Below are positions 23,336-35,606 of a stretch of 64,000 bases of DNA, piece by piece. The notes beneath the pieces were generated by a model. That model was not told the origin of the DNA, searched no databases, and was given only the letters and a program-made list of their open reading frames with translations. How positions within the stretch are numbered: the first letter of the stretch is position 1; each line of letters begins with the position of its first letter. The stretch covers positions 62,001 through 126,000 of the forward strand of contig OZ287082.1 of NCBI GenBank assembly GCA_965645245.1. The letters are read 5' to 3'. This stretch comes from Massalongia carnosa. Taxonomy: Eukaryota. Position numbers and translations under genes: made by a program.

Positions 23336-23966
23336 GATGTTATGTTTGTAGAATATATTTATTTTTACTGTATTAATAATAGTTTAATATTCTACAATCG
23401 TTAAAAATTGATTTCCGATTTCGAAGCAAGAAATATAAAATTATTCTCGGATTCATACTAGAAATTATTGAACGATAATCTGCTTTAATTCTGAGAACCA
23501 AGTCTTATTTTTAAGCAGAATAATGCATCGATTTAATTTACTAAAAAAATTGAAAAATAATTCGATAAAACCGATAGAACCATTATCGATTGATTTTCTT
23601 CTGATTAAAATCTCATCTAGCACGTTTGAGATTGGCATAAAGAACTCATTTATCAGATTAATCCGAAAAATGAATCGATATGATGATAAAACTCGAAAAA
23701 TACTTTGATAAACATTTAAAAAAAGCAAAAGCTTGACACAAAAGAAAGAGTTGAAAAAATTTTAGTAAAAAGCATAAAAAAAATTGAAAATTGCATTCAA
23801 TCGAAAGAGTAATATACGAGATTTTAATAAAAATTTCAATAAAAATTTCATGTTAAAATTTATATAATAATCGCACCAAGTTTCAAGATCTCATAATAAA
23901 AACCCGATCATTAATAATTCAAAGCAGTAATAAGAATCAAAAGCTGATGAAAAAGTTGTGGGAATC

Positions 23967-24481
23967 TGTAAGAGTCAGACCTGGCGATTATCAGACACCA
24001 GGCCTAGGGATATGTGACAATGTGAAGACACTAATGATTTGCTATACTAATATACTAAAAGAAGTATATAGGTAAAGCGGAAGACTAATCGTTGAAGATT
24101 GCATCTCCCTCGAGCAGCCTCCTTATATACCCGGACCGAAGCCCTTGACCCTCTGGGCCCTTGATACTGTAACTATCTTGACCGCCCATTACTCCTACCG
24201 GATAAGCCGGCTTAACACTCTGCTGACTGCATCGTGGACACTGTGCTGACTGTATCGTAGACACTGTGCTGACTGTATCGTGGACACTGTGCTGTCTGTA
24301 TCGTACTATTCGCTCACTAATCGTACGAGCATCCTCGTATATCTCGATCGCTCGTACTATACTCTCGGCAGTAGATACCAGCCGCGTAACGCAGACCAAC
24401 TGCTTTCCATATGACTAAGCCTAGCCGTAGAACTAAGCCCCGCTTAGTTAGCTTAGCCCTTATTCCTTCTATGCCCTGACA
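23967..24481. mobile_element. Solo LTR with an internal ~23-bp tandem repeat
   Basis: TGTAAG...CTGACA, TSD GAATC; acactgtgctgactgtatcgt repeated at ~24215-24305. Confidence 0.88.
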
Positions 24482-24604
24482 GAATCTTTTGACCTGGTGC
24501 TTTATATATAGATAGATAGGTGAAAAAAATATCTTTTAAACTTTATTTATAATTATTTTTTAACTTCAATACTATCGTTACGACTTAAAGCGATTAATTA
24601 GTTG

Positions 24605-26193
24605 TGTTGAATATCCAACTCCTATCAGTACAATGAACATACAATCTAGGAAACCGTAGAAGCCGCATTAGGCCTAGTCCCAAGATAAGATAAAGATCAC
24701 CTCACTTAACAAAAGATGACCAGTAATAGGATAAAGACTGCTGAACAGCACTCTTTATCCTTAACATCACGGTTATACATATACTTATTATTACATAGTT
24801 ATATAGCTATAGTGTAATAAACTACGAGGCCAGTAAGCTTATCACGAGCGACACTGATCTTGAAAGGGGAAATGCTCAGCGTGAGAGGTGGAAGGTAGCT
24901 ACTACGTGCTGGTCTCCGAGAGTATATATGATCCAAAGAACTAATGGATGTGGAAGTGCTCAGACCAAGAGATCTCGTCCGAGACCCAAACGTAGGTTGT
25001 TCATAGAATAAAGACTAATTGCTAACGAATACTACAGGATTCGTTCTGGTATTTATCCTACTCACCCCAAGCCTATAGCCTTGGGAGCCTTGGAACCTTA
25101 GGAGCCTTGCAACCCACTTTCTGACCTTATGGCCTTACATCCAACCATCCCTCAGGATCCATCTACGAACTCGGCGTTCGCTGGGTCATCTAGTCAGCCT
25201 CGAGCAGCCTTCTAGATCTTCCCTTGCAAGGTAGAACACTTCTACCTCCGGCTAGATCCCTCACTACATTGCTAGCCTGCCTCTAAACATAAATTCTAGA
25301 CGCCGAGGCTATGTAGCTTCATTTCGCCGTCACCACTACCAACCTAGCGATGGAAGGTTACCTCCGACTGAATCTCTATCTACACTGCCGACCGGCCTCT
25401 AGACACAAGGTCTAGACCACAAGTTCATGTAGGTTCATTCAGCCGACATCACTACCAACGTAGTGTGATAGGGTGAATAGGGACAAGGGCAGGTGCTGAG
25501 GGGAGGGGGGGAATTGGTATAGACGGAGCGGAGGGGAGGTTTTTCCGGGGCTGAGGCGCCCATTTTTCTATAGATAGGGTAAGTTTCACCCTCTAGACAG
25601 CCAGGCAATCAACATTTTTCTTTCCTTCAGAGTCAGTATTCGTGTCCGAGTGACAGTGTCAGAGTTGCCGAGTCGTCACCGCCAACGTTCTGTTTGTTGT
25701 TTTCACGTGTGTTCCTTGTTTGCTTTCTGCCGGTCTTCTCTCCTTGAGGTCATCACGTATGCACCACCCACGACTACCCCTCTTCAGTAGCAATAAAGGT
25801 GGAAGCTGAAGTTTACACCGGGGAGGCCGAGCTCAAGCTGTGTCCAGCTAGCCGTGCCTCCTGCTACAACTCTTGATCTATCAAGAGATCGAGTAGCTCC
25901 GAGTAGGCCAGTAGATTCCATATAGAGTTCACGGCTAGTCTCCACAGGAGTTCGCCTTACTCCATGGCAATCTACCACCACGGCCTCGACAGGTGTTTGA
26001 TCTGTAAGCAGTCTAGAACGTAGTAACAACTAATTCGGAGTTGTGTGGCAAGGTGGCGTCGTGTCAACCTCGACGGCTATGCGACTAAGTACTACGGCCT
26101 GGCTCATGCTAGTTAATCCCGCAACCGCCGTAGGCGATCACGTATCCCTCTAGCGCCATCCGCATTACACATAGTCATATACCTATTTCAATA
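24605..26193 (+). mobile_element. Nested solo LTRs: Copia-type LTR containing LTR-A (24813-26169), which contains LTR-C (25464-25786)
   Basis: TSDs AGTTG/TGTTG, TATAG/CATAG and GTAG/GTAG; the outer LTR resembles 39908-40143. Confidence 0.85.
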
Positions 26194-26770
26194 TGTTGAT
26201 TCATATCGATCGAAATTGATACCGTTTTATCGTTATAAAAACCCGAAGTAAGATTAGTCAATTATCATTGAAATCGCAGAAAAACTTTAATTGATTAATT
26301 AATTGTTTCGATTAAAATTCTCGAGATTTAATTAATTATATTATTATTATGAAGTATGCACATTCGAATTTTTATAATTTACTGAATTCGAGAATTGATT
26401 ATCTTGATTCATGATATGAATATCTGAAAGTAATAGCTTATTTGTTTACTATCTGCAGAGGCTTTACCAACTTCACAATGTACGCTAGGTCTAAGCGGGC
26501 AGTCACAAACTGTCTGACACATTCTGATTTGACCTTCAAGCCCAAACATCAACTTTTAACAGGTGTCGAAGCGCAGGTGCATTCATCTTCTCAAGTCACT
26601 AATACTAGATGTCCTGGAAGAATATTTGATGGTTCAATAAATTGATACTCAGCTCTACTTCTCAATGATTTCTTCGATTCTGTCGATTGTGAGAACAATT
26701 CTCCAATAATTTTCTTCATAACCAACTCTCGCAGGCGTTTCTGATGAGGACAAAGTCCAAGGAGTTTTCA

Positions 26771-29700
26771 CTACCTTTTATTCACCTCCTCATTCAACTC
26801 CTCATCCAACTCTTCATCCGTATCCTCCTCTGATTCACCCGGTAGCTTGATATTAGGCTTGTGGGCTCTCCAGACTTGTCTTAGCGCTGACTGAAGCACA
26901 TCAAAATCATCATGATATAAAGTCTTTTCCCATTTTTCGATGAATGGCCACAGCATCTCTGACTCCTCGTTATTGAGGTAAGCTCTAGCTGGCTCCTGAG
27001 AATGGTTATACTGCTTGAAAGGGTAAACAATACAGACGATCTTTCTTGACGGCCTCATGACCTTGGACTCTATCGCCGCAGCGAAATCTTGAAATTCGGG
27101 AAACCCATTGAAAAGATCCTCGAGCCAAAACATCGCCGAGCAGCTAAACTCAATATTGTACATCTTCACCTGGAATTGTGCAACATTAAACGTTGGTTGG
27201 TTAGATAGGTCGATCATGTACCGGAAATTGATGTTTGCACCTTGAGCGATTAAGGCTTTAGTGGTTTTCCAAATATCATCTAAAGTTACTCGATGATCGT
27301 TGTGATCAAGATGAGTTGAGCAGTGGATTCCAAACAGGGTGCGCAGTAAAGGGTCGAGAAGCGGACCAATGTAATTGACCGAGTTGAGTCTGGCTGAAAG
27401 AAATTTAGAGTCCTTCCATGTGAGAAACATTAAGAAATCCAGCCACTTGCCCCAGAAACAAGAACGGTAGGGAAAGTCTGCTAGTCCGAACAAGCCCTCG
27501 GCCGGCTTGACTTGCACCATGGGATTCGCGCCTGCCTTTAGGAGGACTCGGACAAAAGTGAGGTTAGCTGCAGGGTTGATTTGCATGTTAAGTGGATGAC
27601 AACAAGCAAGCAGATACGTCTCGGCTAGCGCATTGGAATCCACTTGGATCTCTGTCTGCTCGGCTACTTGGTCATTTTCTTTCCACTTGAGATGTTCGTT
27701 AAGCTGTTTGTGGTAGCCGGAAGGGTGCAATTGATGATTGTTAGAAGGAACCCACGATAGGCTCTGAACGACGGTTCCATCGTTAGCATGTAATTCCCGA
27801 AGGCCACAGAAACTTGCAGGCTCGACAAGTGGGAGATCGAGCACTTCGCAAACATATCGCACCACTCCAAAGTGTGCAGCCATACCGATTAGATCAATCA
27901 AGCCCTCACGCAAACGATGAGTTACAAAAAGGTCTAACGTCGAGCTCTGCCCTTGGAGTTTTGTGTCCGCTGTGATGCGGTGCTTCGGTATGAAGGAATA
28001 GGCATGCAACGATCGCATAAACTTCGCTTGAGCAGCGCCAACCAATTCTTCTATTATCGATACTTGGAGCATTACATATTGCAGGGGCAAGTATACTGAG
28101 AACATGAAACTAAAACGCTCGAGAGGCTCGCCGTCTTTCTGGGAAAAGTAAACCAGGTGAGCAAATGTCCCTCGGGCAATAGAAAGGCGTAGATGTTGCT
28201 CCAAAATCCCTGTATTAGCCATAAATACTTTTGCGCTGTGTTGTGTAAGAGAAAATCTCGGACAGTTCTATGATGGACTTGAACTGTAGTGAATCCGATC
28301 TGGTCATAACTTTCTTTCCCAAAATACGGATAATTTTCTTTCTGAAGATTCGACTCATCAATCTCTTCGGATGGCGTAAGGTCCAACAGTCCTACAGTGT
28401 GAGAGAGCAATCGGATCTTTAGATCATGACAAGCTTTGACTATCTCATGCGCATCAATTCCATCATAGGCTAAAGGTAAATCTTCGACTACTCGCTGTGA
28501 ATCTATAAAGTATAGCTTATAGAGATCTAGACTAGACGAATTTGGAACCGGAAACTGCTGACATAGAACAATCTGGATGAGTCTTGCAGCTTCTCGTCGA
28601 TATGCAGGCTTTATCCGATCGAGCATCTTTATGTAAAGACTGTCTACTCCAGCAGGGAGCTCTTCTATCGCTCGTGCAAGCTCGTGCAAGTCGGCAAAAT
28701 CCTGCAAGCCATCGCGAACATCCCTGATGGCAATGACAACCCAAAGGAACACCCCTTCCGCCCGCCTCACTATCTTGTGTAATAAATCGTTGGCTTTTTC
28801 CTGGTTATTCGAGTCGCTTGAGAATCGCTGCTGGATCAAGTCCATGAGCTGACCATGAGCGTACGCATTAATGCTGTCGGATGTCATATCCTGTAACCTC
28901 AAACCTGGCTTGTCGGCGAAAGCTTTCTCGAAATCCAATAGCGGCCTGCTAGATAGACAGATCTTAACATGGGCTTGGTTGGCCAGGCTGTTGACTGCCT
29001 CGATAACAGCATTGTATCGTCCATCAAACTCGTCTAGACCGTCAATGAACATACAGATAGCAAGCGGGATTTTTTCCTGGGTCAATAGAGTGACAAATTC
29101 GTTTAAGAGACGCGTCTCATTCCAACTGTGCAACGGCTCGTTCTACGTTGTAATTAGAGAGGCACTATAAGGGCTTTAGATGCGAGATATCTAGCTCACC
29201 TTGAAGCAAGCAATCAGCTCGGAACACTCCTCCAGCATTTGATAGATTATTGATCGGAGGAGGCCATCTACAGTCTTTTGCTGGCGAGTACCCGCATTCC
29301 AGAAAAAGAATGTGGGAGTCAGTAGCCGCCTTTCGGCACTCCACTGTTTGAGAAGCTCATCTTTTCGATTATGATTACAAATGTAATTCATAAGAGTCGA
29401 CTTGCCCGAGCCAGCCTTGCCGTTGATCCAGTAAACTGCATTCCCAGATCTCAGCCATTCTGAAAAGTTGCTCCAACGTTGTTTCTCTTGAAACTCGTCA
29501 AAGACCCAATTATAACTATCTTCTATCCCGTCAAATTCATTCTCGATTTGTGCTTGACGGGAAGTTATGTCGGGGTAGAATAGGCTTCTGATGACATCTT
29601 GATACAAGCGCTCATTTATGTGAAGCTGCACTAGACGATCGAATCCTGCAGTGATAGATTGACGAGTTTGCTCTGACTCCTGCACGACAAGTGTGGAGAG

Positions 29701-30909
29701 ATCTGTTTGCGATCTAGCGAGACATGTGATAATGTGCTTTAGACTTTGATCTAGATCGATAAAGCGTTCATTGGCGCTCAAGCTTTGAACGTCAAATCGT
29801 TTGCTAGAAGCTCAGGTCAGTAATGGCTCTAGGTTAATTTTAAATATCTAAATTGGTGAAGAACATTGTTTGAAGAGAATTGATAACATCAGAAGGGTTC
29901 CGATAGTGCTGAGATCTAGTCTTTGCTGATCTTAAAAAATTTTAAAGGCTTGATAGACCCATTCATAAGCACTTCCGCCAATGGATGGGAAGTATGCAAA
30001 GGAATTTGCTTGTCCCTGAGCGCATTTACACACCAAAATCGTGGTAATACACCTATCTTCAATGATTCTTTCATGGGACAATAAGTCAAATCCATGAAAG
30101 GCTCTCGTGTGCAAGTCTCAAGGGGAAGAGTGAATTGAATGGAGAGATATTCTCTTGACTTCTCTGGCATAGTAAAAGTTCATTGTCGCTTGTTGTTTGA
30201 TGGAGTGCCGTTTACAGTATGCCAAAAGTACTCTATAGCGACCCGACACATTTTTCCCAACCAATTTCTTTCGTTAGGACGAGCGTGCTATCCATTTGTA
30301 AGGGGTCATGTAGAAGTGCCCATCAAGCCAAAGTAGGCGGCAACGGACTCTTTGTACAATAGGGCCGATCGCCGCAAATAAGAAAGTGCTGGCAGTCGAG
30401 ATCCAGAGCAAAAGGCATCCAAGTCCACCACAAAGAGAGCAACTAATGACAGGAACGAGCAGAAAATCTCACCTGAGTCGACAGAGTAATGAGGTCTCTA
30501 ACGTCTTTGTATAGGTACCCAATTGCTCTTGTATCTTCATGATGCTACTCTTTTTCAAGATTGAGCGAGCAGCTATACGCGCAGTTTCTAGAGCTGATGC
30601 CTGCGGTCGCGCTCGTAACTTGCGAAGTTCATACTGTAGTTTATTGGCGCAATCCTCGCATTTACGTCCAAGGTCTACAAGGTCCTTTTCTTCCTTCGAT
30701 AGCGCATCGGATTTCGTCCGTGAATGATACAGTGACTGCTGGAGTGAGCTGGTGAGGCTAGCTAGTTGACCTGCTACGTAGTCTGCATCAATATTTTCGC
30801 TCGTAAAGCCTTGCCGATAGATCTGTAGACAGATTTCAGCAGCGCTGATACCGAACTGTACGAGCTGTACGACTGATGCCGCAAGACCGATGCCTGTAAT
30901 GGGATCCAT
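26771..30909 (-). pseudogene. NACHT-domain NLR-like gene with SesA/HeLo-like N-terminus; one apparent frameshift near 28230
   Basis: MDPITGIGLAASVVQLVQF; Walker A WINGKAGSGKST; FFFWNAG; Walker B FIDGLDE; CLSSRP; AEGVFLWV; HHRTVRDFL; introns ~30473-29806 and ~29200-29143. Confidence 0.88.
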
Positions 30910-33900
30910 GATGAACTGCTGAGCAATGTTGACTGTTGATGTTAGCCTGTGTTAGCCTGTGTTAGCCTGTTTTAGCCTAACAAGATTGGGTCAGGCGACT
31001 GCGATTAGTTACCCAATTAGGCTAGCTTGAATTTTAGGAGTTCAGGTAAAATCTCTGCAGATAGTAAACAAATGAACTATCCCTTCCAAATATTCGTATC
31101 ATGCACCAAGGTGATCAATTCTCCCTCCAATATTGACAGAAGAGGCCTATTTGACGCGAGGACTGCATGGGAAGTGAAAGGCTGTTGAACGTATGTACTC
31201 GTAATACCGAGTTCGGCAGCACTTTGCGATCGTGTCAGACTTGCATACATCGTAGATAAGGTCGGATAAACTCTCATTACGGCTGACGAATTCCAAAAAG
31301 ACAATTTGAGATGTATTAGATTAACATTAAGCGTGAAAGACTTTACATATATTGAAGAATCTTGAATATGTCACACTTCTTACCAAGGCTGTGGAAGTTT
31401 GTTAACCAAAATGGATCGATGAGCAGAGAAGTCGGGACTTGATCTTTTATCACTTTTTTTATTTTTTATATGATTTAAATTCTTCGGCGGATACTAGACT
31501 GAAGAGGATTGAATAGACGGCATACTGCAAAAGAGCTTGAAATAGTTTTAAATCAACGTTTACTGAAAACTATTTGACCGAATGTACACCCAGAACCTCG
31601 TTTTCTGGATTCAAATGCTTTGCAGTAGGATGCATCCGATCCCAACATCATACTTTCTGACCAGTGTTTGCGCGATAGACTGTGAGTTCAAGATGATCAA
31701 AACCGTTCCTGAACTCTTCTTCCATGCAGATATTATCGATGTCATGATCACTAACTACCGCCCCTCTGTCGCCGGATGCTCCTCCATGATTTGTCACTAG
31801 AATGTCCGAGATGCTCTTGGCGTAAAGCACCATGGTATTGTCGTCAGTCAGTGGATTCCTTGATGTCGAAGGCCTTGCGTCGCCACTGATAATCCCGCGG
31901 TTGGAAATAGGCCCCAGTTCGCCGGATGCTTCGTCCAGCGTCCTTTCGCAAATGTCCTCGCGTCATCGAGAAGCCTTCACTCAAGGTGCCCGCTACGTAG
32001 TGAGAATTGCACGAGAAGACTCGGGACAGTCCCCCCCCCATCCCCCCAGCGAAAATCATTGCAAATTTACAAGCCACCTCCCCATACTAAATATGTGCAC
32101 GTCCACCGTCTCTCCGCAAGCTTCCTCTAGCTGATTTAGCTTAGCCTTGCATTCTGAAAAATCTGTTAAAACGGCAATCGATGCAAAGTACCGAAACCAG
32201 CTGACAAAGCAATTTGCATCTACCTCGTCAAGGAAAGGCTTGTGGCGGTGGCAAATTTGTATGAAGTCAGAAATCGCATCGGAAGCGGGAACCGATGAGA
32301 TGGAAATGGAAGCTTCTGGAATCGCTGGTGGACGGGCATAATTAGGAGCAGTTTTACCCTACGTAGTGGTAGAAAGTCAATCGTTTCTCCCAGTTTGTTT
32401 TGCATGTGCAAGAACTCGTTTGTCGAACTAGTCATATCAATTGCCCAGTGCTACCATTCCGCCTGTTGCAGTCACAGTTCCAACAAAATTCTCATCTATT
32501 CATACTACTACTATTACTACTACTCCTACCACTCATTGCGATGATCTCAATTCCGAAAATGCATCACTCAATTGCGAAACATTATCCTTTCTAGGCTTCA
32601 TAGTCTTAGTAACCTTTCTTGCAGCTGCGTTTTTCCTCTCCTCAGCCCTTGCTTGTTTGGCCGCTTGGTCGGCCCTCTGCTGAGACTCCAACTCCAACTG
32701 AGCCTTCAATTTTTTTGGCTACCACACTCCGTGACCCTCGTGTTGTTGTTGCAGACGATGTGGATGGTGTCTGGCTAGCGCGGATGTTTTTCTGACTTAG
32801 GCTATAAAGGGAAGGAGCTTTTGAAGAGGGAATTGTTTGGGAAAGAGCCTTTTGGCTATGTTTCGCCAGCACGTCATCAATATCTTCAAATGAATCGGAA
32901 GAAGATGCCGAGGATGGAGGGATAAAATCATATTCTCACTCAGAGGGAGTGGAGGATCGGGGGTAGGCTGAGTTGCTATATATTGCAGGTCATCGTCGTC
33001 AAATACGATGATAGCATCTCCGGAATCTATACCGAATATTAGCCGCGCTGCATCGATCGATTTGCTAATATCATGGGTTTTTTAACATTAATCATATCCT
33101 TGTCTTCATCACCTGCCCGCAATTCATCCTCATGCCTTCCTCTCCTTACTTCTTCAATCGAGTCCTTACGTTTAGCACGTCGCTGCTTAGCTTCATCTGC
33201 CTCAGCTGCCTCACGGCCAGTGTAAGCCCGCCGGCGACTCCCACTCTTTTTATACATGAGGTTGTCCTTCGGTCGGATTTCGTCGGAGAAAGTTGTAGGG
33301 ATAAGTGGCCTCCCCAGCTCCTTATCCTGCCATTTTTTATTGAAAATAGCAGTGAATTTGGCGAATTCACGAGCGTATCCCTCCCTTCTATGCACATTTT
33401 CTATTGATTTATGGAAATCAATAGATTGATGTGCGGCCGCATGCAGCAAATAAACACCCCCGCGACGTAATCTATCCTCAGTATTATTGTCAACTGCCTT
33501 CTCGATCTCCTCTTCCGGCCCAGATTCTTGTCTTTGTTGAGCATTCTCCCCCTCATCCGCCTCCTCATCCTGCTCTTCTGTGGTCTTCCTGTGAGCTGCT
33601 CTCCGAAACATCTCAGCGAAACTTATGGTGGGGTCGAAAACCATTCTTCACGAGATCACAAAAGGCGGGCAATCGAAAAATCAGCGGGGATTAATTAGGG
33701 AGAAAGGTATGGGGATAACATCAATGACGCAATGATACAACTAGCATCTGCACGGAATATCGTATCGTGGAGGCAAATCAAAATCATACAATCCTCATCG
33801 GTTGGTACCAGCATTGCCTAGCCGATAGATTAGATAAGATCAGATCTAATCTAATCGCATAGAGGCTCGGATAAACTATTATCATCTCGCTTAGCAGAGG

Positions 33901-34460
33901 TGACCAATATAAAGGGAACAGATTGCTCTGCACTCCGTAGCAACTCTGCATCCTTAACATCATGGTCATACAGGCCCCTATCTTTACATAGTCATATAGC
34001 CATAGTCATAGACCTATTCAACAGGTTATGAGCCCGGAAGGGCGCTATCGATCATACAGGAATCGAAGCAATTCTTATCCGCAGCATCACGATGCAAAAT
34101 CATTAGCTGAGCATCATTATCCTTTCTCGAAAAGAACTAGACGGACAATGCAAAGACTAAATCTCTACTTGTTTACAGACCTGAATCAGGCGGGATTCGC
34201 ACCCGCAAGTCTAGCTAGTTGAACAGCTTCGTGAAAGCACATCATGACAACCTCTCAATCAAATAGAGACGTTTAACAACAACGCCACCTGATCCAGCGT
34301 TCCCTACCTACAAAGGGTTATCAGAAAGAGCATGGAAATCGTCTACATCATAAGCAGAGAGGCTCTTTGCCAGACTACAAGCATCAGAAGACATTCTCTT
34401 CATCAGACCATCAGAATGCTCTCATGCCCGAATATCTGAGAGGCACTCCGGAGGATGACG

Positions 34461-35160
34461 TTGACCCAGAGGCAGACTCCAGTGGACCAATTCCATTGTT
34501 TGACCTCTGCTGCATCACCATCCATTTGACTTTTGACCCAGAGGCAGACTCCAGTGGACTAGCTCCAAGGTTTGACCTCTGCTGCATCATCACTCATTTG
34601 ACATTGACCCAGAGACAGACTCCAGTGGACCAGTTCCAATGAGTGACCTCTGCTGCATCATCATTCATTTGACTTTGACCCAGAGACAGAACTCTAGTGG
34701 ACCAGTTCCAACGATTGACCTCTGCTGCATCATCATTCATTTGACTTTGACCCAGAGACAGAACTCCAGTGGACTAGTTCCAACGATTGACCTCTGCTGC
34801 ATCATCATTCATTTGACTTTGACCCAGGAACAGACCTTTTCACTGAGGTTTGTTCAAAAACCGCGCAGCGCGGCCTTGACCACTTATGAAACTCTGATTT
34901 CTGCTGAATCATCAATTGACTGACGTTGACCCAAAGGCAGACTTCATTCTGACTTTTGCTGCATCACCACTCAACTTACTTTGACCCAGAGACCGACCAT
35001 CTAAACTATCTTTCAGGGTCCGATTTCTGCTGAATCATCAAATGACTGACGTTGACCCAAGGGCAGACTTCATTCTGACTTTTGCTGCATCACCACTCAA
35101 CATACTTTGATCCAGAGACAGACTTAGGAAATTCAGTTCCAAGGTTTGATCCTTGCTGCA
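34461..35160 (+). repeat. 71-72-bp tandem array (5 full units plus variants) in the Copia 5' leader
   Basis: ttgacccag starts at 34461, 34533, 34604, 34675, 34747, 34819; derived units follow. Confidence 0.92.
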
Positions 35161-35606
35161 TCATTCATTAACAGACTTTCTGACTAGTCTACGCGTATAC
35201 AGATGGAGTAATCAGACTTCAATTAAGCAGAACGCCTCAATCGAGAAATTCAATCCGGAAAAAACCTTATTCCATTTAACAGGCCCGGCCTATTAAATGG
35301 AACGGTCGGACCGTGGTTCCGACAGCCCCCTATCTCCATACCACCAAGTGAAAGTTTCACCATCTGAAGAGAGTTCTTTCATGAGGGTACAAGCGTTGTG
35401 GCAAAGAAAGGAACATCACAGTTTGATGACAAAGGAAGGGAAATGTTTTGTCTATAACTAGATCACATATTCCCATCTCCTCCATTCATTCCAGTGCACA
35501 TCCTACTCCTGCACCAATCTCAGAAACTTAGATACCTTTCAATCTACAGAAGTTTACTAGAGACCTCTTCTTCATCTTCATCTGACTCTCTTCATCTGAC
35601 TTCATC

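Noticed and set aside
23962..23966. Same TSD GAATC at the solo LTR 23967 and the TRIM 44301
   Set aside because: Different families and only two cases; compatible with chance
26735..26770. Hammerhead ribozyme candidate CTGATGA-GGAC-AAA-GTCC
   Set aside because: The stem is followed by AAGG rather than GAAA, and no helix I/III pairing was found
34461..35160. CRISPR-like array
   Set aside because: Units are contiguous near-identical repeats without unique spacers, inside a eukaryotic Copia leader; no cas genes
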